A stretch of 64,000 nucleotides of DNA from Euglena gracilis (Eukaryota). Of the stretch, positions 1 through 13,531 are shown piece by piece. Under the pieces are notes generated by a model. That model did no database searches. It was not told the DNA's origin and was given only the letters and a program-made list of their open reading frames with translations. Numbering within the stretch: position 1 is the first letter of the stretch; each line of letters opens with the position of its first letter. The position numbers and the translations under genes were made by a program. The stretch is from assembly GCA_039621445.1 (NCBI GenBank), contig CP154954.1, forward strand, positions 4,141,437-4,205,436. The letters are read 5' to 3'.

Positions 1-106
1 TCGCTGTCTTAGGCCGCCTAACTCGCACATGGCTTTGAAAATGATTGTAACTTTGCATTCATTTGGGTCTACCGCAAAAATAGAATCCTGCCCTGGAGGT
101 TACCTG

Positions 107-300
107 CCGGAGGCTCCAGGGAGGCTCCAGGGAGGCTCCGGGGAGGCTCCAGGGAGGCTCCATGGAGGCTCCAGGGAGGCTCCAGGGAGGCTCAGATAAC
201 CAGCCTCCAGGGAGGCTCCCTTTTAGGGAGCCTCCGGGAGGCTCCAGGGCGGCTCAGATAACCAGCCTCCAGGGAGCCTCCATAGAGGCTCCAGGGAGGT
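107..300 (+). repeat. 12-bp GGAGGCTCCAGG minisatellite (also ~2733-2926, ~5363-5556 and a shorter array at ~7198-7280)
   Basis: Repeated GGAGGCTCCAGG units with variants and some inverted GAGCCTCC units, read directly. Confidence 0.92.
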
Positions 301-481
301 TCGGGTAACCTGTTTTGTGCACAGGACGACAGTGGGACAGGTGGTGTGCCGTGATGCAATCTGTGGTGTTGTAGACTCAGAATGCATGAATCAGCAGTTG
401 CTCGCCGGGGATGTGGCAAGGATAATGGGATAATGCAGGCACAGCGAGGCACAAGAAGAAGAGATGTGAAACATCTGGACA

Positions 482-1260
482 ACATCTGCATCTTGGCTAG
501 CATTTGAATCTTGTCCGGTGTCTGCATCTTGTCAAATGTCAACATCTTGTCCCGTATTTGCATGTTGTGTGGTCTCTGCACCTTGTCCAGTATCTACACC
601 TTGTCCAGTACCTGCATCCATTGCATCTTGTCCAATATCTTCAACCATTGCATGTTGTCCAATATTGTCCTCTTTTGTCCAACATCTACAACTTGTCCAG
701 CATCTACATCTTGTCCAACATCTGCACCTCGTCCAGTATCTGTGTCCACTGCATCTTGTCTGGAATTTGCATCCTGTTCATCATCTGCAACCATTGCATC
801 TTGTCCAGCATCTGTATCTTGTCCAGCGTCTTCATTTTGTTCAGCATCTGCATCTTGTCCAGCATCTGCAACCACTGCATCTTTTCCAGCATCTGCATCT
901 TGTCCAGCATCTGCATCTTGTCCAGCGTCTGCATCTTGTCCAGCGCCTGCATCTTGTCCAGCATCTGCAACCACTGCATCTTGTCCAGCATCCGCATCTT
1001 GTCCATCATCTGCAACCACTGCATCTTTTCCAGCATCTGCATCTTGTCCAGCATCTGCATCTTGTCCAGCGTCTGCATCTTGTCCAGCGTCTGCATCTTG
1101 TCCAGCATCTGCAACCACTGCATCTTGTCCAGCGTCTGCATTTTGTCCAGCGTCTGCATCTTGTCCAGCATCTGCATCCACGGCATCTTGTCCAGTGTCT
1201 GCATCTTGTCCAGCATCTGCACCTTGTCCATATCTGCATCTTGCCTGATGCCTGCATCCA
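482..1260 (+). repeat. 18-bp minisatellite CATCTGCATCTTGTCCAG with 27-bp variants (copy 1)
   Basis: Directly visible. Unit lengths are multiples of 9 and lack stops, which explains the stacked ASASCP/DADAGQ/LHLVQH ORFs. Confidence 0.96.
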
Positions 1261-1720
1261 CTGGCTCACAACCGAGCCAAAATGACCACAAAAGCCCCAA
1301 AGAGCAACCAAACGACCTAAAATAGCTTCAAATAACCTTAAATAGCCCAAAAATGCCAACAATATCCACAAATTTTTTACAAAAATCCAAAAAAATACCC
1401 AAAATCACCAAAATGGCACAAAATGACCAAAAATGCCATAACATTGGTCATATTGACCCAAATTGGCCCAATATTTGCCCAAATCAATGCAAAATAGCCC
1501 AAATTAGCAAAAAAAAAACGTTTGCCAAAAAAGCAAAAATGGGTGTAATGGGAGGCTGGGACGCAACATAGAGCTTAATTGAAACCGAAAATGAATTTAT
1601 CCGGCCAGAATTGTACCTAAATTATTTGCCGTGCAAAAAAAGGGTCACGTGAAATCCAAAATGGTGTTCATTTGGCTGTGCCCGGGGGGAGGGGAGGCGG
1701 GGGGGAGGCGAAAAGGGGGC

Positions 1721-1751
<31 letters not shown>

Positions 1752-3107
1752 CTCCCCCCTCCCCCCCCACCCCCCTTCTGTTTGGGGTTTGCTTGGATTT
1801 GGGTGTCGGGCCAAAATATAGTTCGAAATGTTGCTGAAACTTGGGGGTTACTCACAAAATGGTTGATTACATTGGGTGGCTATTTTTTTTTCATGGGGCT
1901 TGCTGTGGTGTTTCCTGTCTTATTGATCTCGTCTAGCTGGCCCTGTCCACCTGCAGCCCCCTCCCTCCTGGCCAGACATTATTATTTTTAAGGCGCCATA
2001 AAAACCTAAAATGCCTTAAAAAGCGCCTGAAAATATGTTGCCAAAATACCTTTAAATTCTTGAAAATATCTGAAAATACCTGAAAAAGCGCAAAATCTCG
2101 CCAAAAACGAGCCAAATCTTGGAAGAAAAAATATTTCTGGCATCGCTGGAACATTACTGTCCTAAAACTCAAAAAAAAGTGTTTTTTACGTTTTGATTTT
2201 GGGGAACATTCAAAATCAAAAACATTGGTTCGATAACCCTTGGACCACCCTGGAAAACAACACCTTAAAATGCCATAAAAAGTCTTCAAAAAAAATGTCT
2301 TAAAATGCCTCAAAACTTCGAAAAAAAATACACAATAATAATAATACCTGCTCATGGCAAAGAGCAAAAGAAAGCGACGTGCGAACGGTTGTCTTGCACG
2401 GCTTTCCACACGGGGTCAGTCCAGGGGAGGGAAGGCCCGGCGCGCTGGAGGTGCAGTCAGCGCTGGCGGTGCAGACCGGAGGGGGGAGCGTATCGGCCAA
2501 TGGCAGAGGCACGACGGTGGAAGGAAGAGACTGCCAGGGTGGGCTGGCGGCACCAGCCCACAATAGGATGCAACAAACGAGCCGCAGTATCACCATTTTT
2601 ATTGGAAAATAATCAAACACAAGGTTTCGCTGTCTTAGGCCGCCTAACTCGCACATGGCTTTGAAAATGATTGTAACTTTGCATTCATTTGGGTCTACCG
2701 CAAAAATAGAATCCTGCCCTGGAGGTTACCTGCCGGAGGCTCCAGGGAGGCTCCAGGGAGGCTCCGGGGAGGCTCCAGGGAGGCTCCATGGAGGCTCCAG
2801 GGAGGCTCCAGGGAGGCTCAGATAACCAGCCTCCAGGGAGGCTCCCTTTTAGGGAGCCTCCGGGAGGCTCCAGGGCGGCTCAGATAACCAGCCTCCAGGG
2901 AGCCTCCATAGAGGCTCCAGGGAGGTTCGGGTAACCTGTTTTGTGCACAGGACGACAGTGGGACAGGTGGTGTGCCGTGATGCAATCTGTGGTGTTGTAG
3001 ACTCAGAATGCATGAATCAGCAGTTGCTCGCCGGGGATGTGGCAAGGATAATGGGATAATGCAGGCACAGCGAGGCACAAGAAGAAGAGATGTGAAACAT
3101 CTGGACA

Positions 3108-3886
3108 ACATCTGCATCTTGGCTAGCATTTGAATCTTGTCCGGTGTCTGCATCTTGTCAAATGTCAACATCTTGTCCCGTATTTGCATGTTGTGTGGTC
3201 TCTGCACCTTGTCCAGTATCTACACCTTGTCCAGTACCTGCATCCATTGCATCTTGTCCAATATCTTCAACCATTGCATGTTGTCCAATATTGTCCTCTT
3301 TTGTCCAACATCTACAACTTGTCCAGCATCTACATCTTGTCCAACATCTGCACCTCGTCCAGTATCTGTGTCCACTGCATCTTGTCTGGAATTTGCATCC
3401 TGTTCATCATCTGCAACCATTGCATCTTGTCCAGCATCTGTATCTTGTCCAGCGTCTTCATTTTGTTCAGCATCTGCATCTTGTCCAGCATCTGCAACCA
3501 CTGCATCTTTTCCAGCATCTGCATCTTGTCCAGCATCTGCATCTTGTCCAGCGTCTGCATCTTGTCCAGCGCCTGCATCTTGTCCAGCATCTGCAACCAC
3601 TGCATCTTGTCCAGCATCCGCATCTTGTCCATCATCTGCAACCACTGCATCTTTTCCAGCATCTGCATCTTGTCCAGCATCTGCATCTTGTCCAGCGTCT
3701 GCATCTTGTCCAGCGTCTGCATCTTGTCCAGCATCTGCAACCACTGCATCTTGTCCAGCGTCTGCAATTTGTCCAGCGTCTGCATCTTGTCCAGCATCTG
3801 CATCCACGGCATCTTGTCCAGTGTCTGCATCTTGTCCAGCATCTGCACCTTGTCCATATCTGCATCTTGCCTGATGCCTGCATCCA
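3108..3886 (+). repeat. 18/27-bp minisatellite (copy 2)
   Basis: Same array shifted by 2626. One visible substitution (ORF ...ASAFCP becomes ...ASAICP). Confidence 0.96.
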
Positions 3887-5316
3887 CTGGCTCACAACCG
3901 AGCCAAAATGACCACAAAAGCCCCAAAGAGCAACCAAACGACCTAAAATAGCTTCAAATAACCTTAAATAGCCCAAAAATGCCAACAATATCCACAAATT
4001 TTTTACAAAAATCCAAAAAAATACCCAAAATCACCAAAATGGCACAAAATGACCAAAAATGCCATAACATTGGTCATATTGACCCAAATTGGCCCAATAT
4101 TTGCCCAAATCAATGCAAAATAGCCCAAATTAGCAAAAAAAAAACGTTTGCCAAAAAAGCAAAAATGGGTGTAATGGGAGGCTGGGACGCAACATAGAGC
4201 TTAATTGAAACCGAAAATGAATTTATCCGGCCAGAATTGTACCTAAATTATTTGCCGTGCAAAAAAAGGGTCACGTGAAATCCAAAATGGTGTTCATTTG
4301 GCTGTGCCCGGGGGGGGGGGGGGGCGGGGGGGGGGGAAAAGGGGGCGGGGGGGGGGGGCGGGGGGAGGGGGCCACAGGCCCCCTCCCCCCGCCCCCCCAC
4401 CCCCCTTCTGTTTGGGGTTTGCTTGGATTTGGGTGTCGGGCCAAAATATAGTTCGAAATGTTGCTGAAACTTGGGGGTTACTCACAAAATGGTTGATTAC
4501 ATTGGGTGGCTATTTTTTTTTCATGGGGCTTGCTGTGGTGTTTCCTGTCTTATTGATCTCGTCTAGCTGGCCCTGTCCACCTGCAGCCCCCTCCCTCCTG
4601 GCCAGACATTATTATTTTTAAGGCGCCATAAAAACCTAAAATGCCTTAAAAAGCGCCTGAAAATATGTTGCCAAAATACCTTTAAATTCTTGAAAATATC
4701 TGAAAATACCTGAAAAAGCGCAAAATCTCGCCAAAAACGAGCCAAATCTTGGAAGAAAAAATATTTCTGGCATCGCTGGAACATTACTGTCCTAAAACTC
4801 AAAAAAAAGTGTTTTTTACGTTTTGATTTTGGGGAACATTCAAAATCAAAAACATTGGTTCGATAACCCTTGGACCACCCTGGAAAACAACACCTTAAAA
4901 TGCCATAAAAAGTCTTCAAAAAAAATGTCTTAAAATGCCTCAAAACTTCGAAAAAAAATACACAATAATAATAATACCTGCTCATGGCAAAGAGCAAAAG
5001 AAAGCGACGTGCGAACGGTTGTCTTGCACGGCTTTCCACACGGGGTCAGTCCAGGGGAGGGAAGGCCCGGCGCGCTGGAGGTGCAGTCAGCGCTGGCGGT
5101 GCAGACCTCGGGGGGCGCCGTATCAGCAAAAAAAAGAGGCACGACGGTGGAAGGAAGAGACTGCCAGGGTGGGCTGGCGGCACCAGCCCACAATAGGATG
5201 CAACAAACGAGCCGCAGTATCACCATTTTTATTGGAAAATAATCAAACACAAGGTTTCGCTGTCTTAGGCCGCCTAACTCGCACATGGCTTTGAAAATGA
5301 TTGTAACTTTGCATTC

Positions 5317-7311
5317 ATTTGGGTCTACCGCAAAAATAGAATCCTGCCCTGGAGGTTACCTGCCGGAGGCTCCAGGGAGGCTCCAGGGAGGCTCCGGGGA
5401 GGCTCCAGGGAGGCTCCATGGAGGCTCCAGGGAGGCTCCAGGGAGGCTCAGATAACCAGCCTCCAGGGAGGCTCCCTTTTAGGGAGCCTCCGGGAGGCTC
5501 CAGGGCGGCTCAGATAACCAGCCTCCAGGGAGCCTCCATAGAGGCTCCAGGGAGGTTCGGGTAACCTGTTTTGTGCACAGGACGACAGTGGGACAGGTGG
5601 TGTGCCGTGATGCAATCTGTGGTGTTGTAGACTCAGAATGCATGAATCAGCAGTTGCTCGCCGGGGATGTGGCAAGGATAATGGGATAATGCAGGCACAG
5701 CGAGGCACAAGAAGAAGAGATGTGAAACATCTGGACAACATCTGCATCTTGGCTAGCATTTGAATCTTGTCCGGTGTCTGCATCTTGTCAAATGTCAACA
5801 TCTTGTCCCGTATTTGCATGTTGTGTGGTCTCTGCACCTTGTCCAGTATCTACACCTTGTCCAGTACCTGCATCCATTGCATCTTGTCCAATATCTTCAA
5901 CCATTGCATGTTGTCCAATATTGTCCTCTTTTGTCCAACATCTACAACTTGTCCAGCATCTACATCTTGTCCAACATCTGCACCTCGTCCAGTATCTGTG
6001 TCCACTGCATCTTGTCTGGAATTTGCATCCTGTTCATCATCTGCAACCATTGCATCTTGTCCAGCATCTGTATCTTGTCCAGCGTCTTCATTTTGTTCAG
6101 CATCTGCATCTTGTCCAGCATCTGCAACCACTGCATCTTTTCCAGCATCTGCATCTTGTCCAGCATCTGCATCTTGTCCAGCGTCTGCATCTTGTCCAGC
6201 GTCTGCATCTTGTCCAGCATCTGCAACCACTGCATCTTGTCCAGCGTCTGCATTTTGTCCAGCGTCTGCATCTTGTCCAGCATCTGCATCCACGGCATCT
6301 TGTCCAGTGTCTGCATCTTGTCCAGCATCTGCACCTTGTCCATATCTGCATCTTGCCTGATGCCTGCATCCACTGGCTCACAACCGAGCCAAAATGACCA
6401 CAAAAGCCCCAAAGAGCAACCAAACGACCTAAAATAGCTTCAAATAACCTTAAATAGCCCAAAAATGCCAACAATATCCACAAATTTTTTACAAAAATCC
6501 AAAAAAAATACCCAAAATCACCAAAATGGCACAAAATGACCAAAAATGCCATAACATTGGTCATATTGACCCAAATTGGCCCAATATTTGCCCAAATCAA
6601 TGCAAAATAGCCCAAATTAGCAAAAAAAAAATGTTTGCCAAAAAAGCAAAAATGGGTGTAATGGGAGGCTGGGACGCAACATAGAGCTTAATTGAAACCG
6701 AAAATGAATTTATCCGGCCAGAATTGTACCTAAATTATTTGCCGTGCAAAAAAAGGGTCACGTGAAATCCAAAATGGTGTTCATTTGGCTGTGCCTGGGG
6801 GGGAGGGGGGCGGGGGGAGGCGAAAAGGGGGGGGGGGGGGCGGGGGGAGGGGGCCACAGGCCCCCCCCCCCCCACCCCCCCCCCACCCCCCGGACCTCCC
6901 CTCCCCCCCCCCCCCCTTCCCCTCTCTCCCCTACCCCACTCCCCCCTCCCCTGCTCCCCAATAACAACATCCTTTTGTGTGGACAAAATTTGGCGGACAA
7001 GGCGTAAATAGCAAACGGGTAAACGGTAAAAGCAAAATCACGCGGACATGGCGTCTTTGTGGCGAATGGATAAATGTTTCAACCAATTCTGCCATCGGCG
7101 GTCATGGTGTAAATAGCAAATGGGCAAACGTGAGTTGTGTGCGGATGCAGAGGGGTTGAGGGTCGAACATGGCCTATGTACAAAATAACTTACCTGCCGG
7201 AGGCTCCAGGGAGGCTCAGGGAGGCTCCAGGAAGGCTCAGGTAACCAGCCTCCCTGAAGCCTCCCTGTAGGCTCCAGGTAACCAAAAATGAGGATTTTCT
7301 GGGACCCAAAT
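5317..7311. mobile_element. ~2-kb non-autonomous TIR element carrying the minisatellites (left ends also at 61 and 2687)
   Basis: Left end ATTTGGGTC...AATCCT...GGTTACCTG..GGAGG. Right end is the approximate reverse complement (CAGGTAACC...AGGATT...GACCCAAAT). Flanks are CATTC and CATTT. It interrupts sequence that is near-contiguous at 48900-49000. Confidence 0.65.
5738..6372 (+). repeat. 18/27-bp minisatellite (copy 3, 144 bp shorter)
   Basis: Equivalent ORFs are 48 aa shorter (273 vs 225 aa; 245 vs 197 aa). Confidence 0.96.
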
Positions 7312-7378
7312 CATTTTGCAAAAAGTTATGTCTTCAAACACCGAGACCTCAGGTTCAGGGCAGTCCGCATTACCTCAC

Positions 7379-8550
7379 CCTCACCCTGGGCCAGCAACAA
7401 CCAGCTTCGGGGCTGCAAGATGAAGCAGGGCTCGACTTGCGCCACTTCAACACCTCAATGGTGGCAAGCTTGCCGCACGGCTTCCATGGAGCGACTCCAA
7501 AAGGAATGGGGAGAGACTTCTGCGGAAAAAAAAGCTTCCGTTTCTTTTCTCCGAAGCACACCGAGCTTTGGTCTGGATTCCACTCACCCCGGCGTTTGCG
7601 CCCCCCCCCTCCGGCGTGGGTAATGTGCCGATTCTGCGCACATGTCGTAGTTTTTGAACATGGTGAGGGGAGCTCCCCACCACCCCCAGGCGCTTGTCCC
7701 CGATTCTCTTCACACCAATAAAGCATTTCAGCGCAACTGCAGAAGCCTGGGCTCGAAGCAGGGGATAGCGTGGGAAGCTGTACAATTAGGTGTCAGCGGG
7801 GCGATTGGTTGATGGACGCAGGCTGAATCAGTCAAACTTGCTACTTTCAAATTCTGAAAACCAACCCCCTCTTTGTCCCAGAAATTCAGGAAGTCGTGCA
7901 CAAAAATATTGCAATACCCCCAAAATATCCCAAAAAACACGAAGCCCCTCAATGGAGTGCTCCAGAAGAAAGTTGAAAAAATTTCGGGTGGATACACCAT
8001 TTTCATCAGAGAACGTCCGTTTCCGAAAAAATGCACATTACTGAGGAAAATAGGAATACGCAGCAAATCTTGCATGGGTTACCCAGGTAAGCTTGACTTC
8101 CCCCCCCCCCGAAACTTGTAAATTCTGTAAAGTCCCACCCCCCTTGAGGGTCTTGAAATCCCACCAAAATACAAAGTTGCAGGAGCATAATAATGTTCAA
8201 TGAATGATGCAGCCATTGGGGACGCTACAGCACGTTGCATGGTTCCAAATGGGTTGGAAAGGGGCCAGCCTTGTGCCAATATTCCGATGCCTTGTCCTGT
8301 CACGCAGTGACAATTTATGACCCACCATCGTTGACCACTTTCCAATGAGGGAATGTGAAATGGTCTGGAATCCATAAAACGCAGGTTAATTTTTATTTCA
8401 TGTATTTCCCCCCCCCCCCAAGCTGATTAGACACCAAAATAAAATCTGGAGAGTCCGAATTGGGTAAATTCTTTGAGCGCGGGTGTCAGGGAATTTTCTA
8501 TGCTATGAAAGCTGACAAACTGGAAGGTTCGGCCCCCCCCTGTTCAGGGG
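7379..8550 (+). repeat. ~1.16-kb dispersed direct repeat, copy 1
   Basis: Highly similar to 12372-13531 (paired ORFs 7728/12722, 7790/12784). Diverged pieces at ~54410-54830 and ~55920-56215. Confidence 0.95.
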
Positions 8551-10655
8551 GGAGGTTGGATTCTCTCCTGGGGGCAAAAATGCACCTGGGGGAAAAAATG
8601 TGCAGGAAAATTTTGGGACTTGAAAACTTCGACATTTCATTTCCAAACACCACAAAATTTGGTGTCGCCCCGTCAGTTTCCACAGACAGTGTGGGGGGGG
8701 GACTGGAAACCCGAGGGGAGATTGGGAGACCTGAGGGGGAAGCCGATCCCACTTCACTTCACATCAAAAATAATTTGCCTGAGTTGGAAATGCAAAAGAA
8801 GCACTTCTGTCGATAGGAGTGGATGTTTGGGGGACAAAAACTTAAAACACGACGTGTAATGCATTTTGATGTGGAGAAAAATGCAACAAGTGTTCAACAA
8901 AAGATTCAGACAGTGGGGGACTCTTCAGCAGGTTGCATGGTTCCATGATGGGTTGGAATGGGGCCATGCCGAAAGCAGCATTGTGCCAAAACTTCCGATA
9001 AGTTGCCCCGTCAAGCAGTGACGGCACATGCCTGAACCTGGAAGGTTCGGACCCCCTGTTCATTGGGCAAGGGGGTTCATTACACATGGGGGGGGGTAAG
9101 CAACGCACAAACAGAGGGTCAAACAAAACAACAACAGTCAAACAAACGACAAAAGCAAAAGCCACGTTTTGAATACACTCTCACCAGTGGAGAGGGTTGG
9201 AGTGCAGTTCAGTTGACACTGCACAGACATCCACAAACAACGCACCCTCCGTGACCACAGGCAAAGGCATGGCACGGTGAAAGTGGCTGCAGTGCAACGA
9301 ATGAGGTGCGAAGGAAGGAAGCGTTCTCCTTCTATAACACATATAACAAGTAGGGTGGAACAAAATGTTTTCTGAAAACCTGGGTCAGAAGTGCAGGTGA
9401 AAAAGTCCAGGACCGGTGGAGTGAATTCAAATGCCAATATGAAAAGTCAGCATGATGGGACAATTTGCACACAACCATAAACACGTGCGCACATACACAC
9501 ACACACGCACACAATGGAAATGGGTTTTTGGTGAGTTCGTTTCTTGGCTGGTATTCTTTTAAGAAATATTCCAAAAATTGCAAAACGGTCATTTTTGGCA
9601 AATTTTGATTTTGGGGGGTCAAATAAAAATTTTCTTCAGTTTTGTATCAAAACCACCACCCACCTGCGGACCGCCCTCGTGGGAAATTTGGACTAGCTGC
9701 AGTCCCCCCCCCCCGGGTTGAACTGTGAAAACTCATGAAGAAGCGTGATCATTAGGAATTGGTTGCATTGTTCATCATCGTCCAGACCTCGACGTTTTCT
9801 CAACCCGCAACAACTTCCCATCCCTCCTGTTCAACGACCATGAATGTTCGTCTGTGACCAGGGAGGCGGTCGCAGAAACATTTATTTTTGTTTCTGACCG
9901 GGGGGGGGGGTCGACCAGGTTATGAAATTAGTAGGCAGGGTGGTTTGGACACCTCCAGAGGGGGGAGGTTGGATTCTCTCCTGGGGGCAAAAATGCTCCT
10001 GGGGGAAAAATGTGCGGGAAAATTTTGGGACTTGAAAAAGGCCCAAAAATCGCGTTTTCCTATATTTTTAGTCAAAACGTACACCAACATCCAGCAGGTG
10101 TGTTTAGAAACCTGCAATGGTTGTCTCATTAACCTGGGATATTGACTGAACGATTTGGTGAACGCAAATGTGCTCACCAACCGTTTGTGCAATGATGAAC
10201 AGTGGATGCGCCAGCCAAAAATGATGAGTTTGTACATTGTACAAATGGTTATGTGATTGTTACAAATGTATGCATATTCAGAGGTATTTGCAGAATTTAA
10301 ATACATATAAAGCACCAGCCTGCACGCCTAAATTTGAACAACAGCAATCGAAGCTGTGAAAAACCATTTCTTAGCCCCTGGAACAACAAATACACAACAT
10401 TTCCAGGTTTCATCCTGAAGAACTGAGTATAAAAATGCAGTTCTTCAGTCCTGAAATTGTGGAACACACTGGGTCAACGTTTCTGAACATTTGAATGGTT
10501 GACGTGTGCAATTGCACACACCAACCACCCACTTCTTGTTGTTGTCTTGTGTGGCTCTCCACAGGGGAGGAAAGGTCCTTTTGCCACCTGAGAGTGAGCA
10601 CCTCGCGGTGGCTGAGCGCGTGGAAGGCCCGGCACGCTGGAGGTGCAGTCAGGTA

Positions 10656-10960
10656 AAGCACCTACAGTTGACTCCAGAATTTTGCCATTTTCGGCCATTT
10701 TCGGCGATTTTTTCCTATAGGTGGGGGTAAAGTTACCTTTAAATCCCTGCATGCCAACAATGCATTTGATCAATCATGTAAACACATCCAAGCACGTTTG
10801 GTGCTCAGGGATTAAAAAGATTCAAAGAGTTTTTGTTACAATATGCAAATGCAAGGTTTTTGGGAATAGGCTTCTTTTTTCTGAGAGTAGATCAACTTCA
10901 ACCAGAATCCACCAAAGAAACTTTTTTTTTCATTTTCGGCCATTTTTACTGTAGGAGCTT
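10656..10960. mobile_element. ~305-bp MITE-like insertion
   Basis: Ends AAGCACCTACAGT and ACTGTAGGAGCTT (12/13 inverted). It splits GGTGCAGTCAG|CGCTGGCGGTGCAGACC, which is intact at ~2450, ~5080 and ~48695. No clean TSD. Confidence 0.75.
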
Positions 10961-12371
10961 GCTGGCGGTGCAGACCGGAGGGGGGAGCGTCCCGGCCAAG
11001 TGGCAGAGGCACAACGGCGGGAGGAAGAGACCGCCAGGGTGGGCCGGCAGCGCCGGCAAAGCATGGGACGCCAAAAGCGAACGGCTTAAACATTTTTATT
11101 TTAAAAAATGAAACACAACAAAGGTTTGCTGGCGCCCCGACAGTTTTCACAGATCCCGGTGGGGGGCATTGGAAACTTTGGAAAAGCCTTCAAAACTCAG
11201 GTCAGATTTGGGGTGCCTTGGAGTGCCCAGACAGGCACCCCCCCCCCGGGTGGGGTCGTCACCCGACAATACAGCCTGATCTTGGTGTCGAAAAGCAAAA
11301 TGCGAGGTGAAAACCTGGGGGAGCTCCGGTGCTCCCCCATCCTCAGCTTCCATGGTCCCTTTCTGGAAAATGGCATCCCCACGCGTGGGCAAACCAGCTG
11401 CCCATCCCACCCTGGGGATGGAGGCGACCGAGGCAGAATGCGGCACACGTGCGGTGGCGAGTGAGGGGACGGCGCCTCGGGGCACCGCACTAGACTGGGG
11501 GGCGTCTGACTGTGTGGGCCCCATGGCGGACGGAGGAGAAGGGAAGACAAGCAGACATGTCAGACCAACTCAGGTGGGAAACAAAAGATCCAAATGCAAA
11601 TGCAATCAAAAAACAGGCGGAGAGTGAGGGTGACGGGGGGGGGTGGGAGAGGGTGGGAGAGGTCCCAGGGCGAAGGTGGGCTGGGGGATCTGTTTTGGAT
11701 GCAAATAAATGAAATTTGGCATGTACAAAAAAGTCGGTGAAGAGCGGGTGTTTTGAGGGCGGGTGTTATTACCTTAACTTAGCTGAGAAAAAGACTCCAG
11801 CCAGCATCTTGGCAGCCGGACTTTGGGGTCCTCAAGAAAACACTTAATACTCACACACATTTTCATTTTCCCCGTCGGTTTGAAAGGCATCCATGGCGGC
11901 TCTGTTTGAATTACTGAGATTCTCTTTATATCGCTCTTTTGCTTGCAGTTATCTTTTGCATGGCCAGGCGGAAATGTTTGTTTCATATTCAGCTAACGAC
12001 AACCCGATAATTGGAACAAGAACAAAACAATCATTGCTGGAGTCATGGAAATTCGCCTGTGAAACCTCCTACCCGCGGCAGCTCATCAGCACATTTGATG
12101 GTTCAGGGAGGTCAAATTAAAGGCGGTCAGGGGCGATTCAGGCCAGAGTCCACCCTATGGCAGGCTGGGAAGGAGAGTCATTCAGCCAGTGGCACACTTC
12201 AGATTGCAAGAGGTGTGCCCCCCGAAGCAAACAATAACGTCAGCGGTATCGGTTACCATTTCAATGCTCAAATGCAGAGAGGTAGGTTGGTCATTGGGTG
12301 CGTAGGCGAGTGACTGCATTGTGCCAAAGAATCAGCAAAGCACCACCAAACGTTTTCTTGGGCCCAGGGGA

Positions 12372-13531
12372 CCTCACCCTGGGCCAGCAACAACCAGCTT
12401 CGGGGCTGCAAGATGAAGCAGGGCTCGACTTGCGCCACTTCAACACCTCAATGGTGGCAAGCTTGCCGCACGGTTTCCATGGAGCGACTCCCAAAAGGAA
12501 TGGGGAGAGACTTCTGCGGAAAAAAGGCTTCCGTTTCTTTTCTCTGAAGCACACCGCTTTGGTCTGGATTCCACTCACCCCGGCGCTTGCGCCCCCCCCC
12601 CCCCCCGGCGTGGGTAATGTGCCGATTCTGCGCACATGTCGTAGTTTTTGAACATGGTGAGGGGAGCTCCCCACCACCCCCAGGCGCTTACCCCCCATTC
12701 TCCTTACACCAATTTAGCATTTCAGCGCAACTGCAGAAGCCTGGGCTCGAAGCAGGGGATAGCGTGGGAAGCTGTACAATTAGGTGCCAGCGGGGCGATT
12801 GGTTGATGGACGCAGGCTGAATCAGTCAAACTTGCTACTTTCAAATTCTGAAAGCCAACCCCCTCTTTGTCCCAGAAATTCAGGAAGTCGTGCACAAAGA
12901 TATTGCAATACCCCCAAAATACCCCAAAAAACACGAAGCCCCTCAATGGAGTGCTCCAGAAGAAAGTTGAAAAAATTTCGGGTGGATACACCATTTTCAT
13001 CAGAGAACGTCCGTTTCCGAAAAAATGCACATTACTGAGGAAAATAGGAATACACAGCAAATCTTGCATGGGTCACCCAGGTAAGCTTGACTCCCCCCCC
13101 GAAACTTGTAAATTCTGTAAAATCCCACCCCCCTTGAGGGTCTTGAAATCCCACCAAAATACAAAGTTGCAGGAGCATAATAATGTTGGATGAATGATGC
13201 AGCCATTGGGGGACGCTACAGCACGTTGCATGGTTCCAAATCCAGCCCTGTGCCAATATTCCGATACCTTGTCCTGTCACGCAGTGACAATTTATGACCC
13301 ACCATCGTTGGTTGACCACTTTCCAATGAGGGAATGTGAAATGGTCTGGAATCCATAAAACACAGGTTAATTTTTATTTTATGTATTTCCCCCCCCCCCA
13401 AGCTGATTAGACACCAAAATGAAATCTGGAGAGTCCGAATTGGGTAAATTCTTTGGGCGCGGGTGTCTGGGCTTTTTCTATGCTATGAAAGCTGACAAAC
13501 TGGAAGGTTCGGACCCCCCCCTGTTCAGGGG
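12372..13531 (+). repeat. ~1.16-kb dispersed direct repeat, copy 2
   Basis: See 7379-8550. Confidence 0.95.

Larger units (their letters stand above)
1..6890. repeat. Tandem amplification of a ~2.63-kb unit (about 2.6 copies visible; runs off the left edge)
   Basis: TCGCTGTCTTAGGCCGCCTAACTCGCAC recurs at 1, 2627 and 5257. Identical ORFs start at 192/2818/5448 (offsets 2626 and 2630). The third copy leaves the repeat in the poly-C tract at ~6880-6900. Confidence 0.97.

Noticed and set aside
482-1260. CRISPR array
   Set aside because: Units are head-to-tail with no unique spacers, and no cas genes are present.
5107-5134. Clustered differences between tandem copies 1 and 2 as biological divergence
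   Set aside because: Homopolymer-biased changes in otherwise identical copies look like consensus error.
504-6437. Long overlapping ORFs (ASASCP, DADAGQ, LHLVQH repeats) as real proteins
   Set aside because: All frames are open because the 18/27-bp units lack stops. The array lies inside a TIR element with no gene context.
10653-10955. MITE acting as an introner (CAG|GTAAAG ... CTGTAG)
   Set aside because: Splicing would leave extra bases relative to the empty site, and the host sequence is not shown to be an exon.
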